DNA of 64,000 nucleotides from assembly GCF_024298765.1 (NCBI RefSeq), contig NZ_CP101210.1. One strand, given 5' to 3'. Under the pieces are notes generated by a model that was given only the letters and a program-made list of their open reading frames with translations, did not search any database and had not been told where the DNA came from. Shown here one piece after another: positions 1-11,784 of the stretch. The position numbers and the translations under genes were made by a program. The stretch comes from Escherichia coli (GTDB lineage: Bacteria; Pseudomonadota; Gammaproteobacteria; Enterobacterales; Enterobacteriaceae). Positions within the stretch are counted from its first letter, which is position 1. Each line of letters starts with the position of its first letter.

Positions 1-214
1 GCATTTGGGTGACGTAATCCGCAGGGATACCACCAAATTCTTCCGGCACGCCAAGCATGGAAATACCGTTATCCGCCAGTGCCCGCATAAATTCACGCGG
101 GTATGTCCCGTTTTGATCGCAGGTGCGGAAATACTCTTCCGGAAAGTTAGTCGTAATCAGTTCGCGAATACTGGCCAGCAGCAGTTCTTGTTCTTCAGTT
201 AAAGAAAAATCCAT
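1..214 (-). CDS. ydiO: Acyl-CoA dehydrogenase family protein YdiO, N-terminal 71 codons only; start codon at 212-214, rest runs off the left edge
   Basis: Reverse-strand translation from 214 gives MDFSLTEEQELLLASIRELITTNFPEEYFR..., recognised as YdiO N-terminus; sits directly downstream of ydiF stop as in K-12. Confidence 0.8.
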   Translation of the reverse strand, partial: MDFSLTEEQELLLASIRELITTNFPEEYFRTCDQNGTYPREFMRALADNGISMLGVPEEFGGIPADYVTQM

Positions 215-227
215 CATTATACTCCTG

Positions 228-1823
228 TTAATGAGCCGCTTCAGGCAGGACAAAACCCATCGCCGCATCGATAAATAATCTTTCGTCCATCAGTTTGAGT
301 TCTGGCGAAATCACTGGGGTGAAATCCATTTTGTCGAGAATATCTTTTTGTAAATCGACGCCAGGAGCGATTTCGATTAAATGCAGGCCGTCTTCTTTCA
401 GCGTGAATACGGCGCGCTCAGTGATATAACGAACATCCAGCCCTCGCTCGAGCGCGATTTTTCCGCTAAAAGTAATTTCTGGTAGTTCCCGAATAAATTT
501 CTTCACCCGTCCTTCCTGGACGATATTTAATTTGCCGTCGGTAATTTCTGTTTTTAAACTGCCCGCAGTTAATGTGCCGCAGAAAACGATTTTCTTCGAA
601 GTGGCACTGATATCAATAAATCCACCGGTGCCCATGATTTTACCATTGAATTTATGCACGCCGACGTTACCGTGCTGGTCGACTTCAGCAAAACTCAAAT
701 AACAAACATCCAGACCACCACCGTGATAAAAATCAAACTGGGACGTCATATCCAGAATGGCGCGGGTATTCACGTTCGCGCCAAAGGCGATCCCCTGTGA
801 AGTAATACCGCCAATCGGACCTGTTTCTACCGTCAGAATAAAGTCATCAGCACAACCTTCTTCCCGGGCGACCAGGCCAATGCCGTCAGCAATACCGACG
901 CCGACATTCCCCACTGCGCCTTTGCGCATTTCGAATAATGCACGCCGTGCAACTAATTTACGTTGGTTTAGGGGCAGGCTAAGTTTGGTGCTGTCATCAA
1001 GGGTGAAGTCACCAGAAATAAAGCGGTTAACCGGCGCTCCGCCATACAGTTGGGTTTGATCCGGATCGACCACCACAATATCCACCAGATAACCCGGAAT
1101 ACGGACAGATTTAGGATGCAGCGTGGCTTTCTTAACCATTTTCTGCACCTGCATCATCACAATACCGCCGTTATTGTGCACCGCCTGAGCAATAACCAAT
1201 GCGTCGAGATACATCACCTCATCTTCAAAAGTGGCGTAGCCTTCGCTGTCGCAGGTGGTAGCGCGAATGAAGGCGATATCTGGCGCTATCGCTTTGTAAT
1301 AGAGATATTCTTGGTTATCAAACTCGACCAGTTTAATCAGGTCTTCTTTAGTGACTTCATTCAGTTTGCCGCCTTGCTGGCGTGGATCGACAAATGTTCC
1401 GATGCCAATATCACTAATAATACCAGGCTGGTGGGCTGCGGCGGCGCGTAAGGTTTGTGTAAGTACACCTTGTGGATAGTTATAAGCAATAATTTTATTT
1501 TGTTCTGCGAGATCAGAAATACGCGGCGATTGTCCCCAGTGACCGCATAATGCCCATTTCACCAGGCCTTCTTGCGCCAGCGGACTAATACCACGGTCGG
1601 CGCGATCGCCAAGCCCTGTTGGACTAATAATCGATAAATTACGTGGTGTTTGAGTCTGTTTATATTTATCAGCAAGAGCAGTAATTAACGTGGTGGCTTC
1701 CAGAATACCGCCGCCAGCGCCTAACACACAAAGTGTTGCTTCGTCGGGAATATAATTCACCGCTTCCTGTGCCGACAGGACCGGCACTCGTCCATTAATG
1801 CGAGGTGGTTTTACAGGTTTCAT
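228..1823 (-). CDS. ydiF: Acetate/short-chain acyl-CoA:acetoacetate CoA-transferase (fused alpha/beta subunit)
   Basis: 531-aa ORF, length and sequence recognised as YdiF. Confidence 0.92.
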   Translation of the reverse strand: MKPVKPPRINGRVPVLSAQEAVNYIPDEATLCVLGAGGGILEATTLITALADKYKQTQTPRNLSIISPTGLGDRADRGISPLAQEGLVKWALCGHWGQSPRISDLAEQNKIIAYNYPQGVLTQTLRAAAAHQPGIISDIGIGTFVDPRQQGGKLNEVTKEDLIKLVEFDNQEYLYYKAIAPDIAFIRATTCDSEGYATFEDEVMYLDALVIAQAVHNNGGIVMMQVQKMVKKATLHPKSVRIPGYLVDIVVVDPDQTQLYGGAPVNRFISGDFTLDDSTKLSLPLNQRKLVARRALFEMRKGAVGNVGVGIADGIGLVAREEGCADDFILTVETGPIGGITSQGIAFGANVNTRAILDMTSQFDFYHGGGLDVCYLSFAEVDQHGNVGVHKFNGKIMGTGGFIDISATSKKIVFCGTLTAGSLKTEITDGKLNIVQEGRVKKFIRELPEITFSGKIALERGLDVRYITERAVFTLKEDGLHLIEIAPGVDLQKDILDKMDFTPVISPELKLMDERLFIDAAMGFVLPEAAH

Positions 1824-1968
1824 TGTTAATTCCTGATTCAGGTGTGATTTTCCCTACGCCAGATGGAGAATTAGCGCACAGAGACTCACAAAATATTTTT
1901 ATTAAATACGGTTAAATATATTTTTTTTAGTTCGGCGGGGGAGGATATTCCCGCCGAAATATTATTGC

Positions 1969-2727
1969 TTATGCCTGATGTAAAATAGTTAATACTGTGC
2001 GCAAATCATTTACCGAGATTTGCCCTGGTGCAGAGGCTTTTTTTACCGCACCAAAAGTTGCCGCCGAGCCAAATACTTCACCAGCCAGACGAGAAATTAC
2101 GCCAGTTTTTGCCATCGACATCGTGATGATTGGACGATCGGCATACTGCTCCTGCATCTCCAGGGTCGCGGCAAGCAACGTCAGCACATCGCTGGTACTT
2201 TGCGGCATCAGCGCAATCTTAGGAATATCGGCGTCGAAGGATTGCATTTTGCGCAGACGGGCAATGATTTCTTCGGCTTCCGGCGTTTTATGGAAGTCAT
2301 GGTTGGACATGACAACTTTCACATCATGCGCGTGGGCGTAGGCGACGGTTTCTTTAACCTGATCATCGCCGGTAAATAACTCCAGATCGATCATATCAAC
2401 CAGGCCGCTGTCGATGGCTGCACGATTGAGTGCAATATAAGCCTCGGTGGAAATCGCCTGCTCGCCGCCTTCTTTGGCACTGCGGAAGGTAAACAGCAGC
2501 GGTTTTTCTGGCATGGTTTCACGGAGAATTTTTGCTGCCGCTATGACAGACTCCACATTGGAGAGATCGGCATAGTGGTCCACACGCCATTCCAGAATAT
2601 CAAAGTCCGCTTCACGATAGGCGAGAGCTTCGGATTTCACGCTGGCGATATCTTTCGCCATCAGCGAGACGATGATTTTAGGTGCGCCCGTACCAATGAC
2701 GAGATCTTTTACAGTTACGGTTTTCAT
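1969..2727 (-). CDS. aroD: 3-dehydroquinate dehydratase (type I)
   Basis: 252-aa ORF recognised as AroD. Confidence 0.95.
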
Positions 2728-2757
2728 TTTTTACCCTTTCTGCACGCGGTCAGCCTG

Positions 2758-3624
2758 TCAGGCACCGAACCCCATGACCTGTTTAACATATTCCAGAGGG
2801 AAATCTTTGCCAGTCCATAACGTGAACTGTTCAGCCCCTTGCCACAACAACATGCCGTATCCATCAATCGTTTTGCAACCAGCTTGTTGCGCCTGCTGCA
2901 ATAACTTCGTCATATGCGGGTTATACACGCATTCAGTGACCAGAAGTCCCGGATGTAACAGACTGATATCATTAACCAATGATTCATTCTCAAGGGGTTT
3001 CATGCCCACTTTTGTGCCATTGGTTAAAATGTCGGCGGACGCCAGGGCTTCAGCAAAGGCTTGCTGATCGGCGAGATCGGTAACCGTGACGACACAATCG
3101 GTGTTTTCGTTAACCCGCTGCGCGAAGGCGAGGGCTTTATCGAAGAACTCATCCCGACGGTTAAAGAGTTTAATTTCTTTTAAACCTTCAATTGCCCCCT
3201 GCGCGCCAATTGCCGTTGAGGCACCACCGGCCCCTAATAGCACCATCGTTTTGCCTTTGATATCAAAACCGCTCTCTTTAATGGCGCGAATATGACCCGT
3301 GCCGTCGGTGTTATAGCCACGCAGATAGCCATCATCATTAACGATGGTGTTGATGGCACCCACCAGTTTGGCCGCTGGCGTTAATTCATCAACATATTCA
3401 CACGCCAGTTGTTTGTTCGGCATCGACACACCAGTTCCGCGCATTTTGAGGGCTTTTAATCCTTCAATTGCTCCGGGAAAACTATCGTTATCCACTTCAA
3501 AGGCCATATAGGTAAATGGCAATCCCGCTTTTTCTAAGGCTTTATTCTGCATTTCGGGCGATAAACTGTGGCGGATGGGATAGGCCATCAACCCAATCAA
3601 TTCGTATTTTGCGGTAACATCCAT
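2758..3624 (-). CDS. ydiB: Quinate/shikimate 5-dehydrogenase
   Basis: 288-aa ORF recognised as YdiB (AroE paralogue). Confidence 0.93.
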
Positions 3625-3635
3625 AATTAACTCCT

Positions 3636-4907
3636 TTAACCTCTATGCTTAATTGTGTTTAACCGGGTGCTAAATTTATGCTCGCCAAACCGCACATCAT
3701 TTTCAGGAATAATGAAAACGCGATAATAGCGGATAAAAACAATAATTGCGGTAATCAGGGCCAGCAGCGCGAAAGTAAAATCGAGAGCGATGATATATTG
3801 CAGGCCGATGTTCGACAGATAACCGGTAATCAGCGGAATAACAAAGTTAGCCAGTCCACCCATCATCATATAAATACTGGTGACTTTGGCTTTGCTTTTG
3901 GGGAAAAACTCTGACATGACCGAAACGCCGAGCTGTAAAATGCCGCCAGCTGCTGAGAAACCGATAACAAAGGCTCCGGCATTACACACCAGTGGAGAAG
4001 GGTACAGGTAGATAATGGCTGCTGTTATTGTTGCCAGTGCAGAGTTAAATACATTAGCCCAGATGGGCCGGACCATTTTTTTCAGTAGTGCGGCAAAAAT
4101 AAAGACACAGACCAACGAGCCCATACTGTAATAAGAGATGGTTTTTAATGCTTCAGCTTCTGACATACCAGCAAAAGCCATCGCATATTTGGGCATCCAC
4201 ACCACAATCACATAAAAGGTCGCGAATGCGGCTACACCGAACAGTACCGATGAAACACCTTCCAGCCAGACTAACGGTTTGCTGTTCATTTGCGGTAATT
4301 CATTAGCTACGCTGGCGTCCACCAACTGGCTGGGGAATTTGCTTTTCAACAGCATCAGCGTGATCAGTACAAACAGAATACCCGGAATAATCAGCCCATA
4401 GCCGTACCAGATGTTATTGAGCAACATATAGCTCACCAGCATTGGGTAGAACATTTGCCCGAATGACACCATCGCTTTAACCAGTATGACCGCCGAACCA
4501 GTGGCTTTCGGAAAGCATTCCATGAGCGCGGGGTAGCCACCCGTATCCAGCGCTGAATTAGCGATACCTACGCACACTGCCAGACAGTAGGCGAGAGTTA
4601 AATTCGGGCAAGCAGGAATACCAAAGAAGAATAGCAGATACATTATTACTGCCATTAATATCACCGCCCGACGACCAAACTTATCGGAGATCACACCGAA
4701 GAATAAAATACTGATCAATCGCCCCAAACCGATACCGGAAATTAAATAGGCAATGCCCGCGTTGTCAGTGGAAAACTTTTCTGCCAAAGATGTCATGTTT
4801 TGGGCAAGCGTAATAACACTAATGCCGTGCAGGAAATAGCTGAAGTAAATACAAAGAACAGCCAGGATAAATGGCGTGCTGAAAGCCTTATTTTGAGACA
4901 TTTTCAC
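3636..4907 (-). CDS. ydiN: MFS family transporter; alternative start at 4901
   Basis: 423-aa polytopic hydrophobic ORF recognised as YdiN; two closely spaced Met codons make the start ambiguous. Confidence 0.88.
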
Positions 4908-5127
4908 AGCACCTTGCTGAAAGATAATTTCGTTACCGTACGTATTGTTCTCCGACGGTTTACATAATTACTATACTGAAGATGATTTTCCCTGGGTACA
5001 TGGCATAAAGTTTATGTTTCCAGGAATATTGCATGTCATAGTTTGTTTTTGATCGCGATTTTCCTTAGTTAGCGCAGAAAGAGTTATTTATCCGTAAGAT
5101 CTTGCATGACCTGAAAAGAATATTGCA

Positions 5128-6342
5128 TTACCCACCCGGAGCGACATTTTCCTTTAGCGAGTGATGCCGCGTTTCTTTGCGGCTGCGTAAGCCGATAAAC
5201 AGCGCCAGTAAAAAGCCGATGGCAGCGATGGCGGTATCGAACCACATAATATCGGCAATACTTCTTTGGGACAGATGAGCCGTAATCAACGGAATAGTAA
5301 AGGTCGCAATACTGCCCGCACTGTAATAGATCCCTGTAGCTTTACCTTTAGCGTAGGGGAAACGTTCAGCCATTAATGTCAGGCCAATTTGCACAACACC
5401 TCCAGCAGAGGTAAAACCAATGACAAAAGCAAATATTATCACCACATAAAATGTGGGATGCAGGCAGACGGTAAACAGAGCAATAAATGAGATAAAGGTG
5501 TACAGCATCAGTAATGTTGTTGGGCGAACGGTATTACGAATGAGTGGAGCGGTAATAAATACACAAAGCAGCGAACCCACGGTGTAGATACTGAGTAGTT
5601 TGATCGACATAGTGTATGACATGCCAGCAACAAATTGTCCGTATTGTGCCAGCCACTGGCTAACCAGATAAAACGTTGCCATTGAGATATAGCCATATAG
5701 GGAATAACTGGCTAAATCGATAATTGAACAGCGATGTTCCGTAGAGCTGGTGGTTTTCTTTATGACAGGTAAGCGACGACCCGGATGGGGTGGGAACGTA
5801 CAACGGCATAAAAACAGAGCGTTAATAAACATAATGCCTGCGGCAATCATAAAGGACCAACCGAACCACAGTTCAGCCCACACTAACAGGCTAATTATTA
5901 GCGGTAATAAAAATTGTCCGCTGGAAACAAATGCTTTAATTAAAATATTGGCTGTCCCAGGTGAGCGTGGAAAAGCTTCCATCAAACTGGGATAGGTGCC
6001 TGCATCGAGAAAACTGTTTGCCATTCCCGCCAGAAAGCCAAAAACATAAGCGATAATGATGTTATTGGTGTGCAGGATGCCAAAAAAGAAGGCCATATAG
6101 CAGCACATCCCGAGCATGATAAAAGGGCGGCGACCAAAGCGATCGGATAATAATCCTGCAAAAAGCAAGACACTTAATCGACCAATGCCCAGTGATGAGA
6201 TAACTATCGAGACGCCCGCGGCATTAGTCTGCCAAAGCGTCTCCAGCGAGGCCATATTCAGGCTCATCAAAATGACGCCCATACCATGCACCAGGTAATT
6301 AAAATACAACCCCAGTGCGGTAGGGTAATAGGGATTTTTCAT
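5128..6342 (-). CDS. ydiM: MFS family transporter
   Basis: 404-aa hydrophobic ORF recognised as YdiM. Confidence 0.9.
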   Translation of the reverse strand: MKNPYYPTALGLYFNYLVHGMGVILMSLNMASLETLWQTNAAGVSIVISSLGIGRLSVLLFAGLLSDRFGRRPFIMLGMCCYMAFFFGILHTNNIIIAYVFGFLAGMANSFLDAGTYPSLMEAFPRSPGTANILIKAFVSSGQFLLPLIISLLVWAELWFGWSFMIAAGIMFINALFLCRCTFPPHPGRRLPVIKKTTSSTEHRCSIIDLASYSLYGYISMATFYLVSQWLAQYGQFVAGMSYTMSIKLLSIYTVGSLLCVFITAPLIRNTVRPTTLLMLYTFISFIALFTVCLHPTFYVVIIFAFVIGFTSAGGVVQIGLTLMAERFPYAKGKATGIYYSAGSIATFTIPLITAHLSQRSIADIMWFDTAIAAIGFLLALFIGLRSRKETRHHSLKENVAPGG

Positions 6343-6441
6343 AGGTTCTACTTAGCAAAGGTGCTTTAAAAAGTGTAGCGATGTTGTGTCAGTATCCGTT
6401 CATTATTGTTGTAACAAAGACAATTCCTTTCTGTGGAGAAA

Positions 6442-6798
6442 TTAACAAAGCCGCTCCAGATCGTGTGCATATAATTCAGCGGCTACCGATTGATAGATCT
6501 TCCAGTCAATAAAATTGCCATCAGGGTAGACTTGTTGAAACGCGGTTAAGTCGGGGAAAAAACGCATGGTGTTGTTGCCGATGCGGTTATTTATTTTCTC
6601 TATGATGGCATGAAGATGTTTTTTTCTTTGCTGACGCATAGCCAACAGTTGCTCGACTACACGATCAGGAATGGCGTATTTGCCATTTTCCCATTGACGC
6701 CAGCTTTCACTGTCACCGGTCTGGGCAATCCAGGTCGCGCATTCATCAATAGTCATGGCAAAAATATGGCGGAGTGCCTGGAGTTCATAAGCGTTCAT
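6442..6798 (-). CDS. ydiL: DUF1870 family protein (118 aa); start taken at internal Met MNAYEL
   Basis: ORF 6442-6825; the internal Met gives the 118-aa length I recall for K-12 YdiL. Confidence 0.8.
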   Translation of the reverse strand: MNAYELQALRHIFAMTIDECATWIAQTGDSESWRQWENGKYAIPDRVVEQLLAMRQQRKKHLHAIIEKINNRIGNNTMRFFPDLTAFQQVYPDGNFIDWKIYQSVAAELYAHDLERLC

Positions 6799-6935
6799 CG
6801 TGTAATGGCTGCATGAAATAAACAATAAAATATAAATAACATTATCAGCCTGCTGACGGCTTGAAGAGAGTCACAGTATCTTGTGCAACATTATTGGAAA
6901 GCGTGAGGGGCGAGGTAGCGAAGCGGAAAAATGTT

Positions 6936-7041
6936 AAAAAAAAGCCCATCGTGGGAGATGGGCAAAGACTACACACAGCAATTCGTTGTTTCACTCAGGG
7001 GATTTCCATGCTTATAAATCAATATGTTGATTTATAACCGT
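6936..7041 (-). ncRNA. rprA: RprA small regulatory RNA (Hfq-dependent activator of rpoS translation), including its intrinsic terminator
   Basis: Reverse complement reads ACGGTTATAAATCAACATATTGATTTATAAGCATGGAAATCCCCTGAGTGAAACAACGAATTGCTGTGTGTAGTCTTTGCCCATCTCCCACGATGGGCTTTTTTT, recognised as rprA; lies between ydiK and ydiL as in K-12. Confidence 0.85.
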
Positions 7042-7226
7042 GAGCTAATAGTAGGCATACGGACTTTTTGCGTCGATCAGATTCGTCTCATTAGTTTAAA
7101 AACTGTAAAGAATTTGCGACAGGTACTACCAGCTGAATGGCGGTAAGCAGGAAAATATGGGGAAGAGCAAGCAAATATCAATTAGCAGGGGTTAACAATC
7201 AGGCGGCAGAGCCGCCTGATGAGAAA

Positions 7227-8339
7227 TTACTTATTCGGTTTCTCGATTTCGCCAAGTTCTTCGAGAATTTCTTCCGGTTGGTCCGTCGGCGGCGGGACTT
7301 CTTCCACCCACGCGGCAAACAGACGCCAGGAAACGGCTAACAGAACCGGACCAATAAACAGACCGATCATCCCGAAAGCAATCAAACCACCAATAACGCC
7401 AGAGAGGATCAGGATCAGCGGTAAATCGGCACCCATGCGAATTAACATTGGGCGGATGACGTTATCCAGCGTGCCAACCACACCGCTCCACACTAACAAT
7501 ACCGTTCCCCAGGTGGTATCGCCGGTCCAGTAGAGCCAGATAATCGCCGGAATCAGTACCGGCAATGGGCCAAGCTGGACAAGGCAGGAGAGGATCATTA
7601 ACACCGTGAGCAACGTTGCATAAGGTACGCCGGATACGGCGAGGCCGATACCGCCAAGCACAGCCTGTACTAACGCCGTCACCACCACACCCAGCGCCAC
7701 CGCGCGGATAGCCTGTGCCGCCAGCAGTACGGCGGCATCTCCGCGAACGCCTGCCAGACGGGTTGCAAAATGGCGAATGCCTTGTGCCACCTGTTCACCG
7801 CGCCAGTACAGCAGGGCGCTGAAGAGAAGCATCAGCGCACAATGCACCATAAAGCGCCCGATATGCGCCGCCTGCCCAACGAACCAGGTGGTGGTGGTGC
7901 CAATATAAGGACGGACTTTCGCCATGATCGCCGTCCCCCCCATATCCAGCAAATTGTGCCAGCCTGCATATAGCTTCGCGCCAATCACCGGAATGGTATT
8001 AAGCCACGCCAGATCGGGTAACGTCATGTCACCACTGGAAATGGCTTTAATTAGCGGGCCGCTGCCGTCGACGATACTGTTAACCAGCAAAGCAATAGGG
8101 ATGATAAACACCATCACTAATAACAGCGTCATCACCAGAACGGCGAGAGAGCGGCGACCAAACATGATCTTTTGCAAACGTAACAATACCGGCCAGGTGG
8201 CGATAACCACTGTACCGGCCCATGCAAAGCCGAGAATAAAGGGTTGTACAATCCACAGACATGCCACAATCATGATGGCTAAAAACAGCACCGAAAGCAG
8301 AATTTGTGCGACATCCCTGGGCTGACGAACATTTACCAT
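7227..8339 (-). CDS. ydiK: AI-2E/UPF0118 family inner-membrane transporter
   Basis: 370-aa hydrophobic ORF recognised as YdiK. Confidence 0.9.
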   Translation of the reverse strand: MVNVRQPRDVAQILLSVLFLAIMIVACLWIVQPFILGFAWAGTVVIATWPVLLRLQKIMFGRRSLAVLVMTLLLVMVFIIPIALLVNSIVDGSGPLIKAISSGDMTLPDLAWLNTIPVIGAKLYAGWHNLLDMGGTAIMAKVRPYIGTTTTWFVGQAAHIGRFMVHCALMLLFSALLYWRGEQVAQGIRHFATRLAGVRGDAAVLLAAQAIRAVALGVVVTALVQAVLGGIGLAVSGVPYATLLTVLMILSCLVQLGPLPVLIPAIIWLYWTGDTTWGTVLLVWSGVVGTLDNVIRPMLIRMGADLPLILILSGVIGGLIAFGMIGLFIGPVLLAVSWRLFAAWVEEVPPPTDQPEEILEELGEIEKPNK

Positions 8340-8727
8340 AACTACTTTTCACCTTTTTTGTGCGTCAAATCGTCGACGCGACGTGAACACGCGAAACTCA
8401 CCTGCATAATGATGAGCAATTTCAGCGGTTTTTAACAGGCCGATTCTGCCCTTAATTCTGATGGGCGTGTTAGAAAAAAATGTGGTACAACAACTCAGGC
8501 AACACGCAAACGATTTACTCGTCGTATTTCAAGTTGCATATGCTGCGGCTACGTTCGTTCACCCCAGTTACTTACTGTTGTAAGCTCCTGGAGTTCACTC
8601 GCTTGCCGCCTTCCTGCAACACGAAATCCATAGAGTAAACAAACATCACCTTTCAGTGCGCTATTGCAGCCGCCTGAAAGAACAGTGTATCGACCTACAT
8701 CACAGACCGCAGGAAAGGGTCAATATA

Positions 8728-11700
8728 ATGATTCCACAGATTTCCCAGGCACCCGGCGTCGTTCAACTGGTGCTTAATTTTTTGCAAGAGCTGGAGCAAC
8801 AAGGTTTTACCGGCGATACGGCGACAAGTTATGCCGATCGTCTGACAATGTCGACCGACAACAGTATTTACCAACTTCTCCCCGATGCGGTGGTATTTCC
8901 GCGTTCAACCGCAGATGTGGCGCTTATAGCCCGTCTTGCCGCGCAGGAACGCTATTCATCGCTGATCTTTACCCCCCGCGGCGGCGGCACCGGCACTAAC
9001 GGTCAGGCGCTCAACCAGGGGATTATTGTTGATATGTCCCGCCATATGAACCGCATCATCGAAATTAACCCTGAAGAGGGCTGGGTGCGCGTTGAGGCCG
9101 GGGTGATAAAAGATCAACTCAATCAGTACCTGAAACCGTTCGGCTACTTTTTTGCGCCGGAACTTTCGACCAGCAACCGGGCAACGCTCGGTGGGATGAT
9201 CAATACCGATGCATCCGGTCAGGGATCGCTGGTCTATGGCAAAACGTCAGATCACGTACTTGGCGTACGCGCGGTGTTGTTGGGGGGCGATATTCTCGAT
9301 ACGCAACCTTTACCCGTCGAACTGGCGGAAACGCTGGGTAAATCCAATACCACAATCGGGCGAATTTATAACACGGTTTATCAACGTTGCCGTCAGCAAC
9401 GCCAGTTAATCATCGACAACTTCCCCAAGCTTAACCGCTTTCTTACCGGTTACGATCTGCGTCATGTCTTTAACGATGAGATGACCGAGTTCGACCTGAC
9501 GCGCATTCTGACGGGTTCAGAAGGGACGCTGGCCTTTATTACCGAAGCGCGACTGGATATTACGCGCTTGCCTAAAGTGCGCCGTCTGGTGAACGTCAAA
9601 TATGACTCTTTTGACTCCGCACTGCGTAACGCGCCGTTTATGGTTGAGGCGCGGGCGCTTTCGGTAGAGACGGTGGACTCAAAAGTGCTGAATCTGGCGC
9701 GGGAAGATATTGTCTGGCATTCCGTCAGCGAGTTGATTACCGATGTGCCAGACAAAGAGATGCTCGGGCTGAACATTGTGGAATTTGCTGGTGATGATGA
9801 GACGCTGATTGATGAGCGAGTAAATGCACTCTGTGCGCGGCTGGATGAACTTATCGCCAGTCAGCAAGCAGGTGTGATCGGCTGGCAGGTATGCAGTGAG
9901 CTGGCAGGTGTTGAGCGTATTTATGCGATGCGCAAAAAAGCTGTCGGCCTGCTTGGCAATGCCAAAGGTGCCGCTAAGCCAATTCCGTTTGCTGAGGATA
10001 CCTGCGTACCGCCGGAACATCTGGCCGATTATATTGCTGAATTTCGCGCGCTGCTCGACAGCCACGGCTTAAGCTACGGTATGTTTGGTCACGTCGATGC
10101 AGGTGTCTTGCACGTCCGTCCGGCACTGGATATGTGCGATCCGCAACAAGAGATTTTGATGAAGCAAATCTCTGATGATGTAGTGGCGCTTACCGCGAAA
10201 TACGGTGGTTTGTTGTGGGGCGAACACGGCAAAGGTTTTCGTGCCGAATACAGCCCGGCGTTTTTCGGTGAGGAACTTTTTGCAGAACTGCGTAAAGTGA
10301 AAGCGGCATTTGACCCGCATAACCGACTCAACCCAGGGAAGATTTGCCCGCCAGAAGGTCTCGATGCACCGATGATGAAAGTGGACGCGGTGAAGCGCGG
10401 TACATTCGACCGGCAGATCCCCATTGCGGTACGCCAGCAGTGGCGCGGTGCGATGGAGTGTAACGGTAACGGTTTATGCTTCAACTTTGATGCCCGCAGT
10501 CCGATGTGCCCGTCGATGAAGATTACCCAGAACCGGATTCATTCACCGAAAGGACGCGCAACGCTGGTGCGTGAGTGGCTGCGTTTGTTGGCAGATCGCG
10601 GCGTTGACCCACTCAAACTGGAACAAGAACTGCCTGAATCCGGCGTCAGTTTGCGGACGTTAATTGCCCGCACGCGCAATAGCTGGCATGCGAATAAAGG
10701 CGAATATGACTTCTCACACGAAGTCAAAGAGGCGATGTCGGGCTGTCTGGCCTGTAAAGCGTGTTCGACCCAGTGCCCCATCAAAATTGATGTGCCGGAG
10801 TTTCGCTCTCGTTTTCTGCAGCTCTATCACACCCGTTATTTACGCCCGCTTCGCGACCACCTCGTTGCTACGGTCGAGAGCTACGCACCGCTGATGGCAC
10901 GCGCGCCGAAAACCTTTAACTTCTTCATTAACCAGCCGCTGGTGCGCAAACTCTCGGAAAAACATATCGGCATGGTTGATTTGCCACTGCTGTCAGTCCC
11001 CTCGCTACAACAACAAATGGTGGGGCATCGCTCGGCGAATATGACGCTGGAACAGCTTGAAGCTCTCAATGCAGAGCAGAAAGCGCGCACGGTGTTGGTG
11101 GTGCAAGACCCCTTTACCAGCTATTACGATGCGCAAGTGGTGGCGGATTTTGTCCGTCTGGTCGAAAAATTAGGTTTCCAGCCTGTGCTACTGCCATTTT
11201 CGCCAAATGGCAAAGCCCAGCATATCAAAGGCTTTCTTAATCGTTTTGCGAAGACGGCGAAAAAGACGGCGGATTTCCTCAACCGTGTGGCGAAGCTGGG
11301 GATGCCAATGGTGGGCGTCGATCCGGCGCTGGTACTTTGTTATCGCGATGAATATAAACTGGCTCTGGGCGAGGAGCGTGGCGAGTTTAACGTCTTACTG
11401 GCGAATGAATGGCTGGCAAGCGCACTTGACTCACAGCCAGTGGCTACAGTCAGCGGTGAATCATGGTATTTCTTTGGTCACTGTACCGAAGTTACCGCTT
11501 TGCCGGGCGCGCCAGCACAATGGGCTGCGATATTTGCCCGTTTTGGCGCGAAACTGGAAAATGTCAGCGTGGGGTGCTGCGGCATGGCAGGGACTTACGG
11601 ACATGAAGCGAAAAACCATAAAAATTCGCTCGGGATCTATGAGTTATCCTGGCATCAGGCGATGCAGCGACTGCCGCGTAATCGCTGTCTGGCGACCGGA

Positions 11701-11784
11701 TATTCCTGCCGTAGCCAGGTAAAACGGGTCGAAGGCACGGGGGTACGCCATCCTGTGCAGGCTTTACTGGAGATTATTAAATGA
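8728..11784 (+). CDS. ydiJ: FAD-linked oxidoreductase with C-terminal Fe-S/CCG domain (1018 aa; reported D-2-hydroxyglutarate dehydrogenase)
   Basis: ORF 8656-11784; start moved to Met25 (MIPQISQ...) to give the 1018-aa length I recall for YdiJ. Confidence 0.9.
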   Translation: MIPQISQAPGVVQLVLNFLQELEQQGFTGDTATSYADRLTMSTDNSIYQLLPDAVVFPRSTADVALIARLAAQERYSSLIFTPRGGGTGTNGQALNQGIIVDMSRHMNRIIEINPEEGWVRVEAGVIKDQLNQYLKPFGYFFAPELSTSNRATLGGMINTDASGQGSLVYGKTSDHVLGVRAVLLGGDILDTQPLPVELAETLGKSNTTIGRIYNTVYQRCRQQRQLIIDNFPKLNRFLTGYDLRHVFNDEMTEFDLTRILTGSEGTLAFITEARLDITRLPKVRRLVNVKYDSFDSALRNAPFMVEARALSVETVDSKVLNLAREDIVWHSVSELITDVPDKEMLGLNIVEFAGDDETLIDERVNALCARLDELIASQQAGVIGWQVCSELAGVERIYAMRKKAVGLLGNAKGAAKPIPFAEDTCVPPEHLADYIAEFRALLDSHGLSYGMFGHVDAGVLHVRPALDMCDPQQEILMKQISDDVVALTAKYGGLLWGEHGKGFRAEYSPAFFGEELFAELRKVKAAFDPHNRLNPGKICPPEGLDAPMMKVDAVKRGTFDRQIPIAVRQQWRGAMECNGNGLCFNFDARSPMCPSMKITQNRIHSPKGRATLVREWLRLLADRGVDPLKLEQELPESGVSLRTLIARTRNSWHANKGEYDFSHEVKEAMSGCLACKACSTQCPIKIDVPEFRSRFLQLYHTRYLRPLRDHLVATVESYAPLMARAPKTFNFFINQPLVRKLSEKHIGMVDLPLLSVPSLQQQMVGHRSANMTLEQLEALNAEQKARTVLVVQDPFTSYYDAQVVADFVRLVEKLGFQPVLLPFSPNGKAQHIKGFLNRFAKTAKKTADFLNRVAKLGMPMVGVDPALVLCYRDEYKLALGEERGEFNVLLANEWLASALDSQPVATVSGESWYFFGHCTEVTALPGAPAQWAAIFARFGAKLENVSVGCCGMAGTYGHEAKNHKNSLGIYELSWHQAMQRLPRNRCLATGYSCRSQVKRVEGTGVRHPVQALLEIIK

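Noticed and set aside
5-202. 65-aa + strand ORF at the left edge
   Set aside because: It is antisense to the ydiO N-terminal coding region, which is confidently identified on the - strand.
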